64,000 nt of DNA from Alphaproteobacteria bacterium (GTDB lineage: Bacteria; Pseudomonadota; Alphaproteobacteria; Micavibrionales; Micavibrionaceae): NCBI GenBank assembly GCA_035911135.1, contig JAMHWD010000042.1:7609-71608 (forward strand), read 5' to 3'. This document shows, one piece after another, positions 8,770-19,199 of the stretch. The notes under the pieces are model-generated. The model did no database searches, had not been told where the DNA came from, and saw only the letters and a program-made list of their open reading frames with translations. How positions within the stretch are numbered: the stretch's first letter is position 1; each line of letters starts with the position of its first letter. A program made the translations under genes and the position numbers.

Positions 8770-11435
8770 TATAATCCGCCTGTGCCTGTATCTTCGGCGC
8801 CAGTTGATGGCGGCGGCATAACGGGCATCGAGCTGTCATAAGGCATGGGCGCTGCCGGGCCGTTCACTGGCGCGCCTGGCTGTTGCGGCATTGGCTGCGC
8901 AGGCTGCGCGGGCGTGAGCGGATCAAAGGCCGGATTGGGCGCGAAAATATCCTGCTCCCCGGCATATTGCCCTTCGCTGCCTGTGATGGGTTGCATCTCG
9001 CCGGTCGTTCCATTCAGGCCAGCGTCTCCCGGAATTTCCGGTGTCGGCTGGGGCCTTGTCTGGTTGTCCAGAATAAACTGGCCGTTTGTGGCGCTGGGTT
9101 CTGTGCCAATGACAAAGGCCTCCCAGATGGTTTTTGTATCGCCGCTTCTGGCTGGCACGCCGGTCTCGGCATTGATCAGAACATTCCTGATGCCTTCCGG
9201 CACACGGAAGGGGACAGGCGGGGTATCTTTCAGGGCTTCGGCCATAAAATCCTTGAAAATCGGCACAGCAATCGATGCCCCTGTCTCGCGCTTGCCAAGG
9301 GATCGCGGCTCATCGAATCCGGCGAATACGCCGACGACCAAGTCGGGCGAAAATCCGATAAACCATGTATCCTTGGATTCATTGGTTGTGCCTGTTTTCC
9401 CGGCCAGCGGATAGCCAAGATCTTTCAGCTTTGTGGCTGTGCCGCGCTCAACCACGCCTTCTAAAATCGAGACCATCTGATAGGCCGTGCGCGGGTCCTG
9501 AATTTGCCCGCGCGTATCGGGGATGGCGGGTACGTCCTGATCCTGCCAGCGGATGCGATCGCCGCAGTTGAAGCAGTTCCTTGCATCATGCTTGAAAATT
9601 GTTTTTCCGGTGCGATCCTGAATACGGTCCACAAAGGTTGGTTTGATCTGCTTGCCGCCATTCACCAGCATTGCATAGGCCATCGTCATATCCAGCAATG
9701 TCGTCTCGGACGCGCCTAGCGAGAATGACAGCATCGGCGGCATATCCTTGGTGATGCCGAATTTCCCGGCATAGGCCGAAATCGTATCCATGCCGATGTA
9801 ATTGGCAAGGCGCACCGTCATCAGATTACGGGATTTTTCCACACCAACGCGCACCGTTGTGGGCCCTAAAAAGTCATCGGAATAATTCTGCGGCCGCCAG
9901 ACATTACCCGGACGATCGACCATCTGGAACGGGGAGTCGAGCACCAGCGTGGCGGGCGTAAATCCGTTATCCAGCGCAGCCAGATAGACGAAAGGTTTGA
10001 AGGCGGAACCGGGCTGGCGCTTGGCCTGTGTGGCGCGGTTGAATTCGGATTTCCCGTATCCATATTCCCATCCGCCCTGCATGGCCAGAACCCGGCCCGT
10101 ATGCGGATCAAGGGCGATCAGGCCGCCTTGCACATGCGGGATCTGCTCCAGCACATAGTGATCCTTGCTATCTTTTTTCAGGGATACTGTAATGACCTGC
10201 GCCTGTTCCAGAACTTGCGTCAGGGCGGTGATTTCGGGTCCTTGTGCATATCCTTCATTCAGGTATTTGCGCGCCCATTTCGCATCCTCCAGCAGGATTT
10301 TCCCTTCCAGCCCGGATGCCAGGCCAATACGGGCTTCCTTGTCATTAACCTCCAGCACCGCGCCCAGCTGCCATTCGGCGATCATGCCTTCGGGTTTGGC
10401 GATGGCATTGATCCCGGCCTGCCAGTCGGTCAGGGTTTTCAGCGTGGCAATGGGGCCGCGATAGCCGTGGCGGCGGTCATAGGCCACCAGCCCGTCGCGC
10501 AGCGCCTTCATCGCGATTTTTTGCAGATGCGGATCCAGCGAGCTCCGCACCACAAGCCCGCCCTTATAAAGGCCATCTTCCTGATATTCACGGGCCAGTT
10601 CGCGCCGGACTTCTTCCGCGAAATAAGGAGCGCGCACCATATTGTCTTCGGCGCGTTTGATGACTTCAAGTTTTTTGGCTGTGGCGGCGGCGGCCTCTTC
10701 GGCTGTGATATGGCCATCATCCAGCATCCGGCCGATCACCCAGTTGCGGCGCGCCGTGGCGGCATCGAAATGCTTGATGGGGTTGTAGTTATTGGGCGCT
10801 TTTGGCAGGGCGGCGAGATAGGCCGCTTCGGCGACATCGAGTTCCTTGAGGGATTTATTAAAGTAATGCAGCGAAGCCGCCGCCACGCCGTAAGCGCCGC
10901 CGCCCAAATATATCTCGTTCAGGTACAGCTCCAGAATGCGGTCCTTGGACAGGGCCTCTTCCATGCGGTAGGCGAGGATGGCTTCCTTGATTTTGCGGGT
11001 AAAGGTACGTTCATTGGTCAGGAGGAAGTTTTTCACGACCTGCTGCGTGATCGTTGATCCGCCGACCACATCGACATTCTTGCCCATCATGTGCTGGGCA
11101 TAGACATAGCCCGCGCGTCCCAATGCTTCGGGGTCAATGCCGCGGTGCTTGTAGAAATTCTGATCCTCCGCGGCCAGAAAGGCATTCTTGACCATATCGG
11201 GAACGGATGAGATCGGAACAAAGACGCGTTTTTCCTTGGCAAATTCCGCCATCAACCGGCCGTCACCGGCATAGATACGCGTGACGATGGGCGGCTGGTA
11301 ATCCTTGAGCTGCTGATGGTCGGGAAGATCCTTGCCGTAGTAATTAAAGACCAGAACCATGCAGGCTGCGGCGGCCAAAATTCCCATGAACCCCAGAGAA
11401 ATCAGCCCTAAAAATGCAAACCATAAATACCGCAT
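8766..11435 (-). CDS. mrcA: Penicillin-binding protein 1A (bifunctional glycosyltransferase/transpeptidase)
   Basis: It has an N-terminal TM segment, GT51 motifs (EDQNFYKHRGID, RKIKE), the transpeptidase SAFKP and KTGTT motifs, and a Pro-rich C-terminal tail. Confidence 0.9.
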   Translation of the reverse strand: MRYLWFAFLGLISLGFMGILAAAACMVLVFNYYGKDLPDHQQLKDYQPPIVTRIYAGDGRLMAEFAKEKRVFVPISSVPDMVKNAFLAAEDQNFYKHRGIDPEALGRAGYVYAQHMMGKNVDVVGGSTITQQVVKNFLLTNERTFTRKIKEAILAYRMEEALSKDRILELYLNEIYLGGGAYGVAAASLHYFNKSLKELDVAEAAYLAALPKAPNNYNPIKHFDAATARRNWVIGRMLDDGHITAEEAAAATAKKLEVIKRAEDNMVRAPYFAEEVRRELAREYQEDGLYKGGLVVRSSLDPHLQKIAMKALRDGLVAYDRRHGYRGPIATLKTLTDWQAGINAIAKPEGMIAEWQLGAVLEVNDKEARIGLASGLEGKILLEDAKWARKYLNEGYAQGPEITALTQVLEQAQVITVSLKKDSKDHYVLEQIPHVQGGLIALDPHTGRVLAMQGGWEYGYGKSEFNRATQAKRQPGSAFKPFVYLAALDNGFTPATLVLDSPFQMVDRPGNVWRPQNYSDDFLGPTTVRVGVEKSRNLMTVRLANYIGMDTISAYAGKFGITKDMPPMLSFSLGASETTLLDMTMAYAMLVNGGKQIKPTFVDRIQDRTGKTIFKHDARNCFNCGDRIRWQDQDVPAIPDTRGQIQDPRTAYQMVSILEGVVERGTATKLKDLGYPLAGKTGTTNESKDTWFIGFSPDLVVGVFAGFDEPRSLGKRETGASIAVPIFKDFMAEALKDTPPVPFRVPEGIRNVLINAETGVPARSGDTKTIWEAFVIGTEPSATNGQFILDNQTRPQPTPEIPGDAGLNGTTGEMQPITGSEGQYAGEQDIFAPNPAFDPLTPAQPAQPMPQQPGAPVNGPAAPMPYDSSMPVMPPPSTGAEDTGTGGLY

Positions 11436-11447
11436 CTTGAAATCTTG

Positions 11448-12251
11448 CTAGAATGCCGCCGTAATGGGGCCGGTCCCGCGCCCGTTGATGAATTGTTCAA
11501 TATAGGGATTATCGGAATGATCGAGATCACCAACCGGGCCGCGCCAGATAATGCGTCCTTCATGGATCATGGCGACCTCATCGGCAATCTTGCGTACCGA
11601 GGCCATGTCATGCGTGATGGAAAGGGCGGTTGCACCCAGATCCTTGACGCAATCCACGATCAGTTCGTTAATCACATCGGCCATAATGGGATCGAGGCCG
11701 GTTGTGGGTTCATCGAAAAAGATGATATCGGGGCTGGCCGCGATGGCACGGGCAAGGCCCACGCGCTTTTGCATCCCGCCGGATAATTCCGCCGGGAACA
11801 GGTTGCCCACTTCGGGTTTCAGGCCCACGGCACGGAGTTTTTGAATGGCGATTTCATGGGCATCCTTGCGGTTCATGCCGCGCCCCTGCACAAGGCCAAA
11901 GGCCACGTTTTCCCAGACTTTCAAGGAATCAAACAAGGCCGCGCCCTGAAACAGCATCCCGAATTTCTGCATCACCGCATCGCGGCCGCGCGAGTCGAGG
12001 CGCGTGATCTCATCGCCATCAACCTTGATGGATCCGCTATCGGGTTCGATCAGGCCCAGCACGCATTTCAGCGTCACCGATTTTCCTGTGCCCGATCCGC
12101 CGATAATCACCAGCGACTTGCCGGGCGCAACGGACAGGTCAACGCCTTGCAGGACCTTTTTGGGCCCAAAGGATTTCGTCAGGCCATGCAGCTCGATCTT
12201 GGGCTGGATGAAGGCTTGAGGGCTTGGGTTTTTGGCTGCGCTTGCGCTCAT
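11448..12251 (-). CDS. mlaF: ABC transporter ATP-binding protein, MlaF-like
   Basis: Walker A (GGSGTGKS), the LSGGMQKRV signature and Walker B (IIFFDEPT) are present. The ATG overlaps the mlaE stop (ATGA), so the start is placed at 12251. Confidence 0.8.
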   Translation of the reverse strand: MSASAAKNPSPQAFIQPKIELHGLTKSFGPKKVLQGVDLSVAPGKSLVIIGGSGTGKSVTLKCVLGLIEPDSGSIKVDGDEITRLDSRGRDAVMQKFGMLFQGAALFDSLKVWENVAFGLVQGRGMNRKDAHEIAIQKLRAVGLKPEVGNLFPAELSGGMQKRVGLARAIAASPDIIFFDEPTTGLDPIMADVINELIVDCVKDLGATALSITHDMASVRKIADEVAMIHEGRIIWRGPVGDLDHSDNPYIEQFINGRGTGPITAAF

Positions 12252-13060
12252 GAGAAAAACACCTGCGTCAGGAGATAATTGCAAATCAGGATCAGGATCG
12301 AGGAGGACACAACCGCATTGGTTGTCGCCGCGCCCACGCCTTGCGCGCCGCGTGCCGAATTATACCCGTGATAGCAGCCCAGAATGCTGACGATAAAGCC
12401 GAACGCGCCGGCTTTCACAAGGCCCGATACAACGTCAACCGTCTCCAGCACGTCCCATGTCTGGCTGATATAGCCGCCTGCGCCAAAGCCAAGGCTGTGA
12501 ACGGCCACGACATAACCGCCGAATACGCCGATAATATCGCCGATCAGCACCAATACGGGCAGCATCAGCGTGCCTGCGATCACGCGCGGGGCAATCAGGT
12601 ATTTGAACGGGTTGACGGAAAGGGTGGAGAGCGCATCGATTTGTTCCGTGACTCGCATGGTCCCGATCTCGGCGGCGATCGAGGCGCCAATACGGCCTGC
12701 CACCATTAATCCCGCCAGAACCGGGGCAAGTTCACGGGTGACGGATAAAACCACCACGCCGGCAATCGCGCCTTCCGCGTTGAACCGCGTGAATCCCGTA
12801 TAACTCTGAAGCGCCAGCACCATCCCGGTGAACAGGGCTGTCATGCCGACCACGGGCAAAGAATAATAACCGATATCAATCAATTGGCGCAGGATCTGTG
12901 CCGGGAAGAACGGCGGGGTAAAGCAGCTTGTGACCGAACGGCTGACGAATACAGAAATGCGGCCGGTCATTTCCAGAAAAAACAGGATGGTGCGGCCCAG
13001 CGCCTGAACATGCTCCAGCGGGTTAAAAATACTGTCCTTGGTGCGAACGGTCTCGTTCAT
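12248..13060 (-). CDS. mlaE: ABC transporter permease, MlaE-like
   Basis: It is a polytopic membrane protein of about 270 aa with the conserved MlaE-type core (RELAPVL.....AGR.GASIAAEIGTM.V.EQIDAL). It is coupled to mlaF. Confidence 0.8.
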   Translation of the reverse strand: MNETVRTKDSIFNPLEHVQALGRTILFFLEMTGRISVFVSRSVTSCFTPPFFPAQILRQLIDIGYYSLPVVGMTALFTGMVLALQSYTGFTRFNAEGAIAGVVVLSVTRELAPVLAGLMVAGRIGASIAAEIGTMRVTEQIDALSTLSVNPFKYLIAPRVIAGTLMLPVLVLIGDIIGVFGGYVVAVHSLGFGAGGYISQTWDVLETVDVVSGLVKAGAFGFIVSILGCYHGYNSARGAQGVGAATTNAVVSSSILILICNYLLTQVFFS

Positions 13061-13138
13061 GCTTGCGGCCCTTGCTTAAAAACTCTAAAAGATTAAAGAA
13101 AATAAGCCCCAGCGTCCAGCAGGAAGTTCAAAAATATC

Positions 13139-13825
13139 ATGGCCTTGCATCCTAATCTTAAGACCATCTCGGCATCCGATCTGGTGGCCATGGATGAAAA
13201 AGCGGCGGAATTTCCCATCCGCATTGATCTGGCCTATGCATTTGACCGTTTTCCCAACCAGTTCGGCAAGATTTACCATGATAAGGCCCGGCTCTGGCTG
13301 CATAAGGATTTGGCGCAGGTGGTCTGCCGCGCGGCCCTGAATATCCACGCGCGCTATGGCTTTCAGACGGTTTTATATGATGGCCTTCGAACCATCGAGG
13401 CCCAGCAGGCCATGATCGAGGCTCCCATCATCAAGGCCAATCCGCAATGGATTAACGGGCCTGTCACGCTGCTTTCCAAACCGGGAACAGGGGCGCATCC
13501 GCGCGGCATGGCCATTGATATTTCCCTGATGCATGAAAATGGCGCGCTGGTCGATATGGGCACGGCTTTTGATTATTTTGCTGAAAATCCCGGTCCCGCC
13601 ACCAACCCGGCGCACCGGGCCTATGTGGACCTTAAACCCGAACATCGCGAAACTCGCGCGATTTTGGATGAGGCGATGATTGAGGCCGCAGACCATTATA
13701 ATCTGCCGATGTTTTTGCTGCCGCAGGAATGGTGGGATTTTCGCTTTCCGCCGGATTACTTCAATCAATATGCGCCTATTGCCGATGCCGATCTGCCGCC
13801 TGATATGCGGATGACGGCGGTTTAG
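13139..13825 (+). CDS. ddpX: D-alanyl-D-alanine dipeptidase (M15D, VanX/DdpX family)
   Basis: It has the VanX-type motifs YDGLRTIEAQ, HPRGMAIDISL and EWWDFRF. Confidence 0.8.
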   Translation: MALHPNLKTISASDLVAMDEKAAEFPIRIDLAYAFDRFPNQFGKIYHDKARLWLHKDLAQVVCRAALNIHARYGFQTVLYDGLRTIEAQQAMIEAPIIKANPQWINGPVTLLSKPGTGAHPRGMAIDISLMHENGALVDMGTAFDYFAENPGPATNPAHRAYVDLKPEHRETRAILDEAMIEAADHYNLPMFLLPQEWWDFRFPPDYFNQYAPIADADLPPDMRMTAV

Positions 13826-15795
13826 GACTTCAACGCCCGGACTTCGCCTTCTACGCGCTTGAACTCTGCTTCGATGGATTGCACCAGATCGCCGGGCAGC
13901 GCGCCGCGCTCGGCATCATCCTGCAGCTTTGAGGCAAAATCACCCAAGACGTTACAGCAGGCGGAACGCGCCGCGCCTTTCAAGGAATGTGCGGCCTCTT
14001 TCAATCCATGTGTGTCTTTGTGATCATAAGCCTCGCGGATTTTTCCGATCAGCGGCGCGGTCATATCGACAAACATGCCCAGCATCTCGATCGCCATGTC
14101 ATCAAAAGCGCCCATCTGTTCGATCATGGCGTTCCTGTCGATGGCGGGCGGCAGGTCGGATACTGGCGCGGCGCTTGGCGCGGTCGGGGCGCTTGCTTCA
14201 GGCGCGTTATCGTTTTCCTCCAGCAAGCCCCAGCGTATCAGCAAACGCCTGATCTGCCCCAGCGAGACAGGCTTGAGCAAACATTCATCAAAGCCGTGGC
14301 GCATATAGGTCTCGCGCTGTGCCATCTGGACATCGGCGGTCAGGACGATGACGGGGAAATGTTTTTTATCCGGCTCGCCGTTTTGTTCTTCCTCGCGCTC
14401 GCGGATCGTATTCACCAGCGCGTAGCCATCGACTTCGGGCATGTGCAGATCGGTGAATAAAATACCGTATTCGCCTGTGCTCAGTGCCTCCAGTGCCTCG
14501 CGTCCGTTACCGACAAAAGTCGCCTCAACGCCCAGTTTTTCGAGCTGGCGGCGGATAACCTCGACCACGCTGTCGGTGTCTTCCGCGATAAGAAGTTTGC
14601 GCGGCCCCGACATATCCAGCTTTTCCATCTTGCGCGCGGCGCTCTTGACGGCCTCGCCAAGTCCAGCGCGGCTGGCGGGTTTAGTCAGGTACGTCACGCC
14701 CAGCGCCTGCAGGGAATGTGAAAGGCCGATATCATCGCGCACCGTGTACATCACAAGGCCCATATTGGGGCGGATTTTCATGATCTCTTTGATAAGGTCA
14801 AGGCCAAGGCCATCGGGCAATCCCTGGTCGATCACGCCGATATCAAAGGGGCGGCGGCGGGCAAGGTCCAGCCCTTCGGCATAAGTCGGACAGCTCTCAA
14901 CCGTCGCGCCCATGGACCGCAGCGAGTTCATGATTTCTTTCGCGCCTTGCGGGTGATCCTCGACCGAGAGAACGGATATCCCGGTCAGATCGGGCAGGAT
15001 AACCGTATTGGCGGTGGTATCAACCTCGCGCGTGGGGATCTCGAACCAGAAGGTCGATCCCGTGCCCGGCGTGCTGAACACGCCGATCTTCCCGCCCATC
15101 AGCTCGACCAGTTTCTTGCAGATGGAAAGGCCAAGCCCTGTGCCGCCATATTTGCGGGCGGTGGAGGAATCGGCCTGCACGAAGGACTGGAATAATTTGG
15201 CGCAGACCTCCTCGCTCATGCCGATGCCGGTATCAATGACCTCGAACCGCAGGGCAACGCCGTCTCCGGGTTTTTCAATATGCTGCGCGTTGGTGGTCGC
15301 GCGTACGGTGATCGTGCCTTGTTTTGTGAATTTCATGGCATTGCTGGCAAAATTCATGATGATCTGTCGCAATCTCTTCGGGTCGCCGATCACGACAAAA
15401 GGCACATCCTGCGCGATATCATCCACCAGCTTCACGCCGGCGCTATGAATTTTCACGGAAAGGGCTTCGAGCAGGCCGCGCACCAGAAGCCGCACCGGAA
15501 CCTCGAAGACATCCAGCTCCATCTTCCCTGCATCAACCTTGGCCAGATCGAGGATATCATCCAGAATTTCCAGCAAGCCACTGGCGGAATTGCGGGCCAG
15601 ATCGACCATATCGCCGATTTTCTTTTCCGGCTTTTCTTCTGCAATGAGTTCGAGCAGGCCGTAAATAGTCTGCATGGGCGTGCGGATTTCATGGCTCATC
15701 GTGGCCAGAAAATTGGATTTCAGCTCCGCCAGAGCATCGGCTTCGGCGACTTTTTGCTGGAGGGCGGCGATTTCGGCGGAACGGGCATCGGTCAT
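13822..15795 (-). CDS. Hybrid sensor histidine kinase/response regulator (HisKA-HATPase-REC-REC-HPt), with no obvious TM or sensor domain
   Basis: It has the H-box SHEIRTPM, the N/G boxes of HATPase_c, two receiver domains and a C-terminal HPt (HSLKGAA). The start is either the ATG at 15795 or the TTG at 15816. Confidence 0.85.
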   Translation of the reverse strand: MTDARSAEIAALQQKVAEADALAELKSNFLATMSHEIRTPMQTIYGLLELIAEEKPEKKIGDMVDLARNSASGLLEILDDILDLAKVDAGKMELDVFEVPVRLLVRGLLEALSVKIHSAGVKLVDDIAQDVPFVVIGDPKRLRQIIMNFASNAMKFTKQGTITVRATTNAQHIEKPGDGVALRFEVIDTGIGMSEEVCAKLFQSFVQADSSTARKYGGTGLGLSICKKLVELMGGKIGVFSTPGTGSTFWFEIPTREVDTTANTVILPDLTGISVLSVEDHPQGAKEIMNSLRSMGATVESCPTYAEGLDLARRRPFDIGVIDQGLPDGLGLDLIKEIMKIRPNMGLVMYTVRDDIGLSHSLQALGVTYLTKPASRAGLGEAVKSAARKMEKLDMSGPRKLLIAEDTDSVVEVIRRQLEKLGVEATFVGNGREALEALSTGEYGILFTDLHMPEVDGYALVNTIREREEEQNGEPDKKHFPVIVLTADVQMAQRETYMRHGFDECLLKPVSLGQIRRLLIRWGLLEENDNAPEASAPTAPSAAPVSDLPPAIDRNAMIEQMGAFDDMAIEMLGMFVDMTAPLIGKIREAYDHKDTHGLKEAAHSLKGAARSACCNVLGDFASKLQDDAERGALPGDLVQSIEAEFKRVEGEVRALKS

Positions 15796-15900
15796 AGCCT
15801 GAAGATTATGACCCAAGATATTGAAAAAACATATGGCATTTTCAATGATTTCATAATATCAATGTTGCCTGTTTTTAATACATGAAGGGTAGTATAAGAA

Positions 15901-16926
<1,026 letters not shown>

Positions 16927-16950
16927 AGGTCGGGTGCGGCCCTGATGTGA

Positions 16951-17457
16951 TTACTCATCCATCAGGTCGATGCCGCAATACAGGAAGAACTGGTCGATCA
17001 GCCATGAAAAGCCGGTCTGTGGCCTGCCGGAATCGATCTGCACATCATGCAGCGTCATTTTCTGGGCCACGGCTGCCGCCGCATCTTTGCGAATGGCATC
17101 CATATTCAGATTCTGCGTCACCCGCAAATGCAGGTATTTGATAAGCTCGTCCTCGCTGGGGTGGAGGTTGCCATCCTTATAGGCCAGTAATCTTGCGAAA
17201 TAGACAACCTGACCGCGGAATTTGGGTTCATTGATATGCGAGAGCAGATAATCAACATCCTGCGGCGTTTTTAAATCCGCCAGCAATGTGTTCTTTTGCT
17301 CTGACGTGAAGGGCATATGCTCGAATTTTTCAGTGACGAAGGCGGCTTCTTCCGGCGTGACAACACCATCCGCATGGGCCACCGCTACCACGCAGCGCAA
17401 CATGTAAAACTGGCTCGTGCCGACTTCGGTGATGCCGAAAGCATATTGTTTCTTCAT
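16951..17457 (-). CDS. TerB-like (tellurite-resistance TerB/DjlA-N fold) protein, tentative
   Basis: The pattern AHADGVVTPEEAAFV...LAYKDGNLHPSEDELI resembles the duplicated TerB helical motif. I recognise nothing else. Confidence 0.45.
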   Translation of the reverse strand: MKKQYAFGITEVGTSQFYMLRCVVAVAHADGVVTPEEAAFVTEKFEHMPFTSEQKNTLLADLKTPQDVDYLLSHINEPKFRGQVVYFARLLAYKDGNLHPSEDELIKYLHLRVTQNLNMDAIRKDAAAAVAQKMTLHDVQIDSGRPQTGFSWLIDQFFLYCGIDLMDE

Positions 17458-17608
17458 ATTCTTCTGATCCTTTTCCCGTAAAGCCGTAAGCCTGATGCTT
17501 CACTATGGTGGCATATATTTTCGTAAAGATGTATTTGAAAATTGCATTGAAAATGCAAACAACTAGATATAGTAGTAGAGTATTAAAAATTAATAAAAAA
17601 AGACAGGG

Positions 17609-18250
17609 ATGGACAGGAACAAGCTAGGCGAGGTCATGAACCGCGTCATCCGGGGCGAAGCCACGGATGTCGAGAGCTTGCGCGAGATGTTCGTGCGTAA
17701 GGCCGGTGCGGTCCCTGTGAGAAATACACGCAGCATCAATGTCCCCGGCGAGGTTTACGATCGTTACTGGGATGTCTATAAATTATCAGTCCGCATGGCC
17801 AATATGCTGGAGCGCGTTCTGGATGATAATGAACATGCGCTGATCATGGATGAGGCCGCACAACTGGGATACCGCCTTCCCGATTTTGAGGTGTTTCGCG
17901 AAGAAATCAGGGATTACCGCGAGGCCTTGCGTGAATTCAGGCCTGTTGAACGGGCGCAGCTTGGTCCAAAAGGTTATGTGAAAATACCGGCCGAAACCGC
18001 GCGCATGTTTAATAATCTCATGGCTTATAACTGTTTTATGGTCTCTCGCGTCTTTGATGGCTGCTTTAATACGGAATACATGCGGCATTTCAAAAATTAC
18101 AAGGATAGCGGCCATCCTTATTCCGGCCCTACGGCGCTGCAGGAAACATTGGACACGCTGCTGGCCATGGTCAAGACGAATATTGCCGAAAACCGGCAAA
18201 TCAGTCGTGGCCGCCAGCGCCCCGACTGGCCGAGTCTCGTGGCCGCTTAA
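17609..18250 (+). CDS. Hypothetical protein (213 aa), orphan-like
   Basis: This is a clean ORF after a 150-nt AT-rich region. I recognise no motif. Confidence 0.5.
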   Translation: MDRNKLGEVMNRVIRGEATDVESLREMFVRKAGAVPVRNTRSINVPGEVYDRYWDVYKLSVRMANMLERVLDDNEHALIMDEAAQLGYRLPDFEVFREEIRDYREALREFRPVERAQLGPKGYVKIPAETARMFNNLMAYNCFMVSRVFDGCFNTEYMRHFKNYKDSGHPYSGPTALQETLDTLLAMVKTNIAENRQISRGRQRPDWPSLVAA

Positions 18251-18356
18251 GTCTTGCCTTGGGAAAATAAATAAAAAACCCGTTGAAAAATCAGGGATTA
18301 ATCCTATTATTGAAGGGAATTTTCTGACCCCTTTGTCATTTCAGCAGGTAATACCC

Positions 18357-18755
18357 ATGCCCGATACCAGAACCGTACACGCCGAGCGCCCCTTGTCGCC
18401 GCATCTGCAAATCTACCGCTGGCCGGTCAATATGGGGCTTTCGATTTTACACCGCATGACGGGCGCGGCGCTGGCTGTGGGCACGCTGATGGTGTGCTGG
18501 TGGCTGGTGGCGATCGCCAGCGGGCCGGATGCTTATGCCGTATTTCAGGATTTCAGCGGCTCGGCTTTGGGCTTATTGATGATTTTCGGCTGGTCCTTTG
18601 CGTTGTTTTATCACATGGCCAATGGCGTGCGCCATCTGATCTGGGATACGGGCGCGCTGTTTAACAATCAATGTGCCTCCAAGGCTGGCTTGCTGGTGAT
18701 GGCGGTTGCAATTGCCATGACGGCCTGCGCGTGGTTTTGCGCCTATAATTTTTAA
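18357..18755 (+). CDS. sdhC: Succinate dehydrogenase cytochrome b556 subunit
   Basis: It has RPLSPHLQIYRW...HR.TG and three TM helices with the haem-ligand His region. The start is an internal ATG of track ORF 18054-18755. Confidence 0.85.
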   Translation: MPDTRTVHAERPLSPHLQIYRWPVNMGLSILHRMTGAALAVGTLMVCWWLVAIASGPDAYAVFQDFSGSALGLLMIFGWSFALFYHMANGVRHLIWDTGALFNNQCASKAGLLVMAVAIAMTACAWFCAYNF

Positions 18756-18771
18756 GCGGGAGGATTATTGA

Positions 18772-19176
18772 ATGAAAAGATACGGATGGATGATTGTTGC
18801 GGGTGCGGTGTTGATCACAACGCCGCTGGCGGCACAGGAAATCGGCGAACGCCTGATCCGGGATCACCGCGTGCATGAGCGCAAAGTGCCGCCCAAATTT
18901 GTAATCCAGCCGCCGCTGCCTAATCTGCCGGGGCAGGACAAGGCCGAGAAAAAAGGGCCGGTCGGCACAGCCATGCAGAACAAGATGGCCAAGGATGCGG
19001 GGGCAAAAGATGCCGCCGCGATAGAAGCCGAAGCAAAAAAAAAGGCTTCTGAGGCTATGAATGACAAAGAAATGGTCGATATCATCGAAGATGCTTCTGA
19101 AGGCGGCGAGACGTATTCACATGACCATGGCGATGGCAAGGTCCACAGCCACCGCAATGACGAAGAACACGAGTAA
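18772..19176 (+). CDS. Exported low-complexity protein with a His-rich acidic C-terminus (134 aa), inserted between sdhC and sdhD
   Basis: A GGGAGG RBS lies 9 nt upstream. It has an N-terminal signal-like segment (MKRYGWMIVAGAVLITTPLAAQE), a Lys/Ala/Glu-rich middle and the tail YSHDHGDGKVHSHRNDEEHE. Confidence 0.55.
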   Translation: MKRYGWMIVAGAVLITTPLAAQEIGERLIRDHRVHERKVPPKFVIQPPLPNLPGQDKAEKKGPVGTAMQNKMAKDAGAKDAAAIEAEAKKKASEAMNDKEMVDIIEDASEGGETYSHDHGDGKVHSHRNDEEHE

Positions 19177-19199
19177 TCAATAAGATCAGAGATTGAAAA

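Noticed and set aside
18295-18304. GGATTAATCC perfect palindrome upstream of sdhC.
   Set aside because: It is 10 bp, single-copy within the window and AT-rich in the centre. This is within chance expectation for a 64-kb window.
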